Assembly: GCA_963695545.1 (NCBI GenBank)
Contig: OY968796.1
Span: 128,001 to 192,000 of the forward strand
DNA from: Terriglobia bacterium
GTDB taxonomy: Bacteria > Acidobacteriota > Terriglobia > Acidiferrales > UBA7541
Reading direction: 5' to 3'
DNA length: 64,000 nucleotides
The position numbers and the translations under genes are program-made. Shown piece by piece: positions 57,231 through 64,000 of this stretch (positions are counted from its first letter, which is position 1; each line of letters starts with the position of its first letter). Under the pieces are notes generated by a model. That model made no database searches and was not told the origin of the DNA. It saw nothing but the letters and a program-made list of their open reading frames with translations.

Positions 57231-59183
57231 ATGCGCGGCCGAATTATTTATGGCGCTGCACTGCTTATCGCGGCAACAACCGCGGCATTGCCCGGAGTGG
57301 CCGCGGCCGGAGTGAAGCCGTGGATCGAAGTACGCAGCCCGCATTTTCGCGTGCTGACCGACGGCAGCGACGGGGACGGGCGGCGCGTGGCGCTCGATTT
57401 TGAGAAGATGCGCTACGTTTTCGCGACGCAGTTCCCCGCCTACAGACTGGAATCGGGCGCTCCGCTGCTGGTGTTCGCCCCAAGCGACGAAAGCTCGGCG
57501 AGGATCGTCGATCCAGCGCTAAAGAAAGCGAAAAACGCGGATCAAATTGCGGGCCTTTTTACGCACGGTTGGGAGAAGCAATACGCCTGGATTCGGCTGG
57601 ACACGATGGACACGATGGGTGAGTCGGTGGTGTTTCACGAGTACACGCATTCGATCGTGCACATGAACGTGCATTGGCTTCCGACGTGGATGGACGAGGG
57701 CATCGCGGAATTCTACACATACACGCAATTCCGAGGGAACAAAATCCTGATTGGAGTCCCTACGGAACGGTATCGAAGCATCGCGAGCGGCTATCCGATT
57801 CCGATCGAAACTCTCCTCGAGGTGAATCAGAACTCGCCCTACTACCACGACCCAGACAAGACGCAAATGTTTTACGGAGAATCGTGGGCGTTGGTTCATT
57901 ACCTTCAATTTGGCCCCGGCATGGAAGGCGGGGCGAAACTCAACGATTTCTTTCGTCTTATCCAGACGGGCGTGGATCAGAAAAAAGCCTTCGTTCAGAC
58001 TTTCGGCGATTTTAAAACGATGGATGACACCCTCGATAAATACATGCGGCTCTTCGCGTTTTCGGTGGGCGCGATAGCGGCTCCCGCGAGTATCGACGAT
58101 AAGACATTCGCCGTCCGGAAATTGAGCGTGGCGGAGACCGAGGCCGAACTGGCCGGCTATCAGCTTTGGAACCACGACATCGTGGCCGCGCGGCCTCTTG
58201 TGGCGCAGGCGCTTGCGGACGACCCCAAGCTGGGCTTCGCACACGAAGAAAATGGATTCCTGCTTTTCCAGGACGGGAAAACGCCTGAAGCCGCCGATGA
58301 ATTCTCAAAGGCCTATGAGCTGGATCCGACGCTCTATTTATCGCTTTTTTCCAAGACCATACTTTCGCCGATGGCGACTTCCGACGCCCCGGCAGATGAG
58401 CAGGCGTTTCGCCTCGCGCTGGTGATGGTGGTGCAAATCAATTCACAATTCGCTCCGGCGTATGTGCAATTGGCGCGGCTGGCTCTGCGCGCGGGCAATT
58501 TGAACGAGGCGCTGCGGGTTTCGCTGAAAGCCGAGGAGCTTGAACCCTGGAGAGCGGGCTACCATCTGCAGACCGGTCAAATCCTGGTGCGCTTGGGGCG
58601 TGGCGCGGAAGCCGCTGGGATCGCGCAATATGTTGCGCCGCGGTGGTTCGGGCCGGACCACAACGAGGCCGTGGAACTCTGGTACGCCGTGCCGGCAGAC
58701 CAACGGCCGGCGGGCGAAGTCCTGTTGCCAGCGATGCCGACGGACAGCCAAATGGCGGGCGGGATCATCAAGTCGGCTGATTGCGGTGATCCGCAGGACC
58801 CGAAGAATCCGGCACATCCGTTGATTGTTGTAATTGACCACAAGGGACAGACGCTGACGTTTCATCAAAAGCCGGGGCAGGGCTTCGAGGGCGGATTTTC
58901 CGACACGCTGTGGTATGGCGAGGATCACTTCGGATATTGCCACAACATCGAGGGCTTGCGCGGCATCGTGTTCTATCGCGCGCCGTCGCCGCCGGACCCG
59001 AGCTACACAGGCGATATCACGGGATTCGAGGTTCGCAACGATCTTCCGGCGCCGGCGGCGGGCGCGAACCCGGCGCCGGCGCAGACCTCCCCGCCAGCGT
59101 CATCACGGCCCGCACCGCCAGCATCGACACCACCCACGGCACCGGCGAAAGCGCCGCCCACGAGCCAGAGTACGGTCCACTAA
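57231..59183 (+). CDS. secreted DUF1570-like/TPR protein with HExxH motif
   Basis: signal peptide, WIEVRSPHF, FHEYTH..WMDEGIAE, FYGESWALVHYL, TPR-like helices, Pro-rich tail. Confidence 0.8.
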   Translation: MRGRIIYGAALLIAATTAALPGVAAAGVKPWIEVRSPHFRVLTDGSDGDGRRVALDFEKMRYVFATQFPAYRLESGAPLLVFAPSDESSARIVDPALKKAKNADQIAGLFTHGWEKQYAWIRLDTMDTMGESVVFHEYTHSIVHMNVHWLPTWMDEGIAEFYTYTQFRGNKILIGVPTERYRSIASGYPIPIETLLEVNQNSPYYHDPDKTQMFYGESWALVHYLQFGPGMEGGAKLNDFFRLIQTGVDQKKAFVQTFGDFKTMDDTLDKYMRLFAFSVGAIAAPASIDDKTFAVRKLSVAETEAELAGYQLWNHDIVAARPLVAQALADDPKLGFAHEENGFLLFQDGKTPEAADEFSKAYELDPTLYLSLFSKTILSPMATSDAPADEQAFRLALVMVVQINSQFAPAYVQLARLALRAGNLNEALRVSLKAEELEPWRAGYHLQTGQILVRLGRGAEAAGIAQYVAPRWFGPDHNEAVELWYAVPADQRPAGEVLLPAMPTDSQMAGGIIKSADCGDPQDPKNPAHPLIVVIDHKGQTLTFHQKPGQGFEGGFSDTLWYGEDHFGYCHNIEGLRGIVFYRAPSPPDPSYTGDITGFEVRNDLPAPAAGANPAPAQTSPPASSRPAPPASTPPTAPAKAPPTSQSTVH

Positions 59184-59209
59184 CGATTTGAAAAATATAT
59201 TTGGACGGT

Positions 59210-59240
59210 CTCCGGACGCCGGAAAGACCGGCGTCCGGAG
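59210..59240. terminator. hairpin between convergent genes (probable terminator)
   Basis: 13-bp stem ctccggacgccgg-aaaga-ccggcgtccggag. Confidence 0.65.
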
Positions 59241-59261
59241 CGACCGCGCGCGAAAAAACAG

Positions 59262-59690
59262 CTATGCGCCAAAGGCTTGCTTGACGGTTGGCTGGTTCAG
59301 ATACCACAAAATCAGGCCACTGATCACGACCCGGACCAAGACGAAGAACACGCGAATCATCGCGAAATGCATCATCAGAACCAGGATGTGAAACACGCCA
59401 AACACCAGGGCGATGGCCGCGAGCACCATGGCAATCACGCGCGCCCAGTTTCTTAGGCCGATCAAGCCGAAAGCGATGATCAGGGCCAGCGCCCCGAACA
59501 CGATGAATACGATGCCGAGGAACGCTCCGAGTCCGCCGGCGACGCCGCGACCAACGGTCATACCGAGTGACGCGGCGCGCATCATGAAGGCGCCGCCGAT
59601 GAAGAAGGCGGCCAAGCCGCCGAGAATCGCGAAAACTGCGCCGAGGATATAAAGGGCCGCGATGAGGATCACTCCGGTGGGTTTTTGCAT
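59262..59690 (-). CDS. four-TM membrane protein
   Basis: MQKPTGVILIA.., NWAR, WYLNQPTVKQAF; RBS GGAGG. Confidence 0.8.
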   Translation of the reverse strand: MQKPTGVILIAALYILGAVFAILGGLAAFFIGGAFMMRAASLGMTVGRGVAGGLGAFLGIVFIVFGALALIIAFGLIGLRNWARVIAMVLAAIALVFGVFHILVLMMHFAMIRVFFVLVRVVISGLILWYLNQPTVKQAFGA

Positions 59691-59809
59691 GGGCTTACCT
59701 CCAGGAAGAAAAATCGTCCCCGCGCGGGACGCCCAACTGATCGATAAAAAATAAATCTGCGAGACGCGGACGGCTGCGACGCGCACGCTACGTCAGATTT
59801 GGGGCAGCG

Positions 59810-60634
59810 TCAAGCGCGAGGGCGCGAGCGGGCGGGTTTCGAGCCGGCACGCGAAGCGGATCGCGAACCGGGATTCGGTTGGGCGCCGCTACGACCGCGC
59901 ACGAGCCAGAATAGAAGCGCGCCGGCCAGAATCGAGGCGAGGCTGGCGGCCTGCGCGTTGGTCATGCCGAAAAACGAACGGGGATTGATGCGGATGAACT
60001 CGATCAGGAAGCGGGCCACGCCGGTGAGCACGAGATACGCGGCGAAAATAATTCCAGCGGGGCGCGCGTCGCGAATCGCGCGGGCACCCAGGCGCCACAA
60101 GATCCAGAAAATCACGATGGCGATCAGAAATTCGTAAATTGGCGTGGGATGAACGCGCTGCGTGGTGGGCACGATGCCGTCGGGAAAGCTCATGCCCCAG
60201 GGCAAATTCGTGGGCTTGCCGTAATCGCCGTCGCCGGAGATCAGGCAGCCGATGCGGCCGACGCCGTAGCCGAGCGCCGCGGCCGGGGATGCGGCGTCAA
60301 GCATGGTGAGGAATCCGATTTTGTAGTGCCGCGCGAGAAGCACGAGCGCGATAAAGCCTGCGATGACCGAGCCGAACCACGCGAAGCCCATGGTGCTGAA
60401 CAGCAGATGCCAGGGATCGGCGAAAAATTCGCCGGGGCTTTCCATCAGGTGATAAAGGCGCGCACCGACGAGACCGGCGAGGCCGGTGATTCCGACGACA
60501 GTTTCGGCGTCAATCGGCAGCGCGCGACGGAGGAAATCGGCGCGCAGCACGAAATAGGAAACGAGCAGGGCGATCGCCACGAGGATGCCGTAGGTGCCGA
60601 GCGTAATCGGACCGAGATGGATGAATGGATACAC
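59810..60634 (-). CDS. lgt: prolipoprotein diacylglyceryl transferase
   Basis: GARLYH, GRIGCLISGDG, LPWGMSFP, HPTPIYE, RFLIEFIR. Confidence 0.9.
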   Translation of the reverse strand: MYPFIHLGPITLGTYGILVAIALLVSYFVLRADFLRRALPIDAETVVGITGLAGLVGARLYHLMESPGEFFADPWHLLFSTMGFAWFGSVIAGFIALVLLARHYKIGFLTMLDAASPAAALGYGVGRIGCLISGDGDYGKPTNLPWGMSFPDGIVPTTQRVHPTPIYEFLIAIVIFWILWRLGARAIRDARPAGIIFAAYLVLTGVARFLIEFIRINPRSFFGMTNAQAASLASILAGALLFWLVRGRSGAQPNPGSRSASRAGSKPARSRPRA

Positions 60635-60644
60635 GGCGGAGATT

Positions 60645-61547
60645 TTAAGAGCCGAAGGCGCGTTTTAGCGCGAGCCACGGCAATTGAAAAATCGTGAGTG
60701 GATGCGACCAGAGGCGCTTGGCCATCAGCCAGGGATGGCGGCGCGAACGGACGAAGCTGCCGTCTGCCGATAACATGTGAGTCGCGTCTGCGATCGTGTA
60801 CAAGTGCCACCAGCCGCCGATCAGCGCACGATTACGCTTGGCTTCGGGGCCGGTCCAGACGCCAGCCGAGCCGGCGGGGTGGTGCGAATAATCGTGATTC
60901 TGGTGGATGGCCATGACGGCGGCGCTGGCGTCAACGACATCGGCGCCGCGCGAACGCGCCAGCCAGACAAGATAATTGTCCCAGTAAGCGCGGCCGATGG
61001 CCAGCGGCAGCAGGCCGTCGAACAGGCCCTTGCTGAAAGCGAAGTAGTCGACGAAATTCGGCGAACGCTGCTGGCCGGCGGAGGGCGTTTCGCGGCGCAG
61101 CGCTTCCTGCCAATCGGCGCCGAAGGAATCGAGTGGTCGGACCAAATCGAGGTCCCAGCGGCGGCCGACCATCAGAAAGCGCGGGCGCGAAGCGGCCACG
61201 CGAGCGACGGCGGCGGGGAAATCGGGAAGGAGAATGATGTCGGAATTGCAGTAGACGAGCGTGGCGCCGGTGGCCTCGCGTGCGGCGCGCGCGAAAAGAT
61301 CGTCAAGCAACGGCGTGCCGAATTCGTTGCGGCGAACTTCGGGCATGTGGCGCGCGCCGAGGTCGCGCGCGGCGTCAGCGACGCCTTCTTCGTCACCGAA
61401 GAGCAGCACTTCGGGCCGGGGGGAGAGCGAGGCCCAGCTGGCGATCGCGTTGCGCTGCATCGTGGCGGTCGAGCCGCGAAACGGCTTGGGCATGCCGAAA
61501 AACGTCAGCGCCGGCGCGGACGTGGGCGTTAGCGGCGTTGTGGGCAT
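60645..61547 (-). CDS. glycosyltransferase-like protein (GT-A like; start uncertain)
   Basis: PKPF..QRNAI, CNSDIIL, GRRWD, WDN, HQNHDYSH. Confidence 0.6.
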   Translation of the reverse strand: MPTTPLTPTSAPALTFFGMPKPFRGSTATMQRNAIASWASLSPRPEVLLFGDEEGVADAARDLGARHMPEVRRNEFGTPLLDDLFARAAREATGATLVYCNSDIILLPDFPAAVARVAASRPRFLMVGRRWDLDLVRPLDSFGADWQEALRRETPSAGQQRSPNFVDYFAFSKGLFDGLLPLAIGRAYWDNYLVWLARSRGADVVDASAAVMAIHQNHDYSHHPAGSAGVWTGPEAKRNRALIGGWWHLYTIADATHMLSADGSFVRSRRHPWLMAKRLWSHPLTIFQLPWLALKRAFGS

Positions 61548-61845
61548 GGGGCAATGCGAGCGGCGCGCATGAAATTCATCTTAGCTTGGGCGAATCGAGA
61601 CGGGCAAGCCGGGCGGTATTGGAGAGGGGGAAAACAAGTATGACCAATTGAGCATTCGGGGAGCGCGGCGCTGTTGTCGCGCATCCGATTCGGCGGGATA
61701 ATTCTGGTTGTGATTTGCTGAGACGCGCCCAGCCGCCCCTTTGCACCCCTCGCCTGGGACGTTAGAGAACGGTAAGCAATCTCGGAGGCATGCGCCGAGC
61801 GAGTGCGCCACCGTCACCGGCTTCACCTGAGGGGTGAATTAGAAC

Positions 61846-62406
61846 ATGCAGGAACTTCCAACTTTAAAGACGTCGCGGTTGAAGTCGGGCGCAGCCGCGC
61901 ACGACGAACGGCGCCGCTCCACGCGGCACGCGGTTTCGGCCGTGGTGCAGATCATGGACACGCGATCGGGAACGCGGCTGACCACGCGCGCATCCGACCT
62001 GGGATTGGGCGGCTGCTACGTGGATACGCTCACGCCTTTGCCGGTGGGAACCGAGGTGAAGCTCGGCTTGCATAAGGACAAGGTGCTGATCGAATTGACC
62101 GGGAAGATCATCTATTCGCATCCCGGCCTAGGCATGGGCATAGCGTTCGTGGACGGTGCGCCGACGCATCGGGTTGCTCTCGAGCAGTGGCTGAGCGGGC
62201 TTTCCACGGTCACGTACGCCGGCAATCCAGGTTCCGACCGCGGGGGCGAGGCTCCTCCGACGGCGGCACGCGCTGGCGAGACCAATGGAACCGGCGCGGA
62301 CGCTCGGGGTGCTATCGCGAGACTCGTGAATTTGCTGCTGGCGAAGGGCATTCTGACAGAAGACGATGCGGATATGATTCTGCAGAAGCGCAAGAACGTT
62401 ATTTGA
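61846..62406 (+). CDS. PilZ domain protein
   Basis: ERRRSTR, SDLGLGGCY, GMGIAF. Confidence 0.82.
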   Translation: MQELPTLKTSRLKSGAAAHDERRRSTRHAVSAVVQIMDTRSGTRLTTRASDLGLGGCYVDTLTPLPVGTEVKLGLHKDKVLIELTGKIIYSHPGLGMGIAFVDGAPTHRVALEQWLSGLSTVTYAGNPGSDRGGEAPPTAARAGETNGTGADARGAIARLVNLLLAKGILTEDDADMILQKRKNVI

Positions 62407-62538
62407 GTATCCGTTAGCGCGCGCATCGGGGTCGCTTTGGCGATTCCCAGCCTGGACCTGTGAGTTCGTGCCGCACTTCCGAGTTGCTAAATTCAGCGTG
62501 AAAAAATTTCCTGGATTAGCGTACGGTCGCCTCCGGGC

Positions 62539-62556
62539 CTGACATCAATTTGTCAT
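62539..62556 (+). promoter_or_regulatory. PHO-box-like direct repeat
   Basis: CTGACAT-CAAT-TTGTCAT; 11-bp period, one mismatch per half to CTGTCAT. Confidence 0.55.
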
Positions 62557-62641
62557 GCCGGCCATGGACTGCTTCCACGCCTCGCGGTGGCTTGCGCTTC
62601 CACAGGAATCCAAGCTATCGTGCATTGGAACATCTCCTGCC

Positions 62642-63340
62642 ATGAAGCGCATTTTACTGATCGAAGACGACCGCGATATCGTCGAGTTGGTTCGATACAA
62701 TCTTTCGCGCGACGGCTTTGACGTGGTCGCGGTCGGCGACGGCTCGTCGGGCCTGGCGCAACTCCGAAAATCCGCGCCCGATCTTTTAATTCTCGATCTG
62801 ATGTTGCCGAAGCTGCCTGGCCTTGAGGTGTGCAAAGAAATTCGCCGCGACCAGAAGCTCAATCGTTTGCCGATCCTGATCCTGAGCGCGCGCGGAGAAG
62901 AAGCGGACCGCGTGCTGGGGCTCGAGCTTGGCGCCGACGATTACGTCACCAAACCTTTCAGTCCGCGCGAACTTCTGGCGCGGGTGCGGGCGCTGCTGCG
63001 CAGAATGGAACCTTCGGCGGCGGGCGGCGAGAAAGCCATCACGCGCGGCGCACTGCAGCTTGATCCGGCGTCGTTCCGCGTGACGCGCGACGGCGAAGGC
63101 CTGCCGATGAGCACGCTCGAATTTCGCCTGCTTTATTTCCTGGCCTCGCATCCGGACCGCGTGTACTCGCGCGATCAACTGCTCGACGCGGTGTGGGGTT
63201 CGGAGCGCTTCGTGACGCCGCGCAGCGTGGATGTCTACGTGCGGCGAATCCGCAAAAAGGTCGAAGTCGATCCCGAGCGGCCGATGTACCTGAAGACGCT
63301 GCGGGGCGCCGGCTATATTTTCCAAGGCCGTGCGGAATAA
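62642..63340 (+). CDS. OmpR/PhoB family response regulator (PhoB-like)
   Basis: ILLIEDD, LDLMLP, GADDYVTKPFS, winged helix RSVDVYV..RGAGY. Confidence 0.93.
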   Translation: MKRILLIEDDRDIVELVRYNLSRDGFDVVAVGDGSSGLAQLRKSAPDLLILDLMLPKLPGLEVCKEIRRDQKLNRLPILILSARGEEADRVLGLELGADDYVTKPFSPRELLARVRALLRRMEPSAAGGEKAITRGALQLDPASFRVTRDGEGLPMSTLEFRLLYFLASHPDRVYSRDQLLDAVWGSERFVTPRSVDVYVRRIRKKVEVDPERPMYLKTLRGAGYIFQGRAE

Positions 63341-64000
63341 TCTGCTTTGGAAATTGGGGCTGGCGTTCGCCGCGCTCTCGCTGGGCTTCCTTGCAGTGCT
63401 CGATTTTTATTCGGCGCGCCTGCCGCGCGGGCTGACTCTGGCCACGCTGATCCTGCTCGCGCTCGCGAGCGGCGTCCTTTTGCTTTCCGCGCAATTATTT
63501 TCAGCGCGGGTCGAGCGCCTGAAAGAACTTTCCGAACGCATGTCTGAAGGCGATTTCCGCACCCTGCCGAGCGACCCGGCGGGCGACTCGCTTGCGGAGC
63601 TGCGCGGCACGCTGAATCGCACAGCGCAACGACTCGAGCGATCCATGGGCGCGCTCGAGGAGGAGCGCAATCGTTCGGGGGCGATTCTGGCGAGCATGGC
63701 CGAAGGCGTGGCGGTGATCGACGCGCAGGAGCGCATGGTGTTCTGCAACCAGGCATTCCGCCGGATCTTCGCGCTAGGAATGGCTCCGTGCGAAGGACGG
63801 GCGATGATCGAGCTGGTGCGCGAACCGGAACTATTAACCATCGTGCGCCGCGCGCTGGCCGGAACCGCGCCGGATGCGGGGGAGCTCGAACGCGGAACGG
63901 TGCACCGCCAGAGCTTTCGCGTGACGGCGTCGCCGCTACAGGCTGGAGACACGGCCGGCGCGGCGCTAGTGCTGCATGACATCACGGATCTGCGGCGTCT
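63330..64000 (+). CDS. sensor histidine kinase, N-terminal part (TM-HAMP-PAS, PhoR-like), truncated by window end
   Basis: hand translation from GTG 63330: MRNNLLWKLGLAF.., HAMP-like segment, AILASMAEGVAVID..FCN, LVLHDIT. Confidence 0.85.
   Translation, partial: MRNNLLWKLGLAFAALSLGFLAVLDFYSARLPRGLTLATLILLALASGVLLLSAQLFSARVERLKELSERMSEGDFRTLPSDPAGDSLAELRGTLNRTAQRLERSMGALEEERNRSGAILASMAEGVAVIDAQERMVFCNQAFRRIFALGMAPCEGRAMIELVREPELLTIVRRALAGTAPDAGELERGTVHRQSFRVTASPLQAGDTAGAALVLHDITDLRR

Noticed and set aside
1..64000. prophage, integron, transposase, rRNA or tRNA
   Set aside because: No supporting motifs were found in any ORF or intergenic region. A covariance-model scan would be needed to fully exclude small RNA genes.

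Overview
GC-rich bacterial chromosomal segment, most likely Acidobacteriota. This is inferred from the PadR plus tandem duplicated orphan ABC permease (ADOP) locus, an Ig-like surface protein and typical REP-like palindromes. Genes are mostly housekeeping or accessory metabolism: GH127 and PL11-like Tat-exported enzymes, a heavy-metal RND pair with a PagL-like barrel, an ABC exporter, a degenerate Amt divergent from an APC permease-PP2C-Ser/Thr kinase-ABC-PPK2 cluster, an asd-lysC-thrC-thrB operon with a Thr/Ile leader attenuator, glnD, an oxidative pentose phosphate operon, a CCAEP-tail B12 radical SAM/ATP-grasp pair, acnA, lgt and a PhoB/PhoR-like pair cut by the window end. I found no rRNA, tRNA, CRISPR array, integrase or transposase. 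The most striking unexplained signal is non-coding: three dispersed AT-rich intergenic elements (about 8.8, 22.1 and 56.8 kb). They share one architecture: a TTCGAA palindrome, a TTGAC/extended -10 promoter, an array of ~26-bp pseudo-palindromic sites and a G-tract. Their orientation appears to track local G/C strand-skew domains. All calls come from reading the sequence and recalled motifs; no database searches were run.
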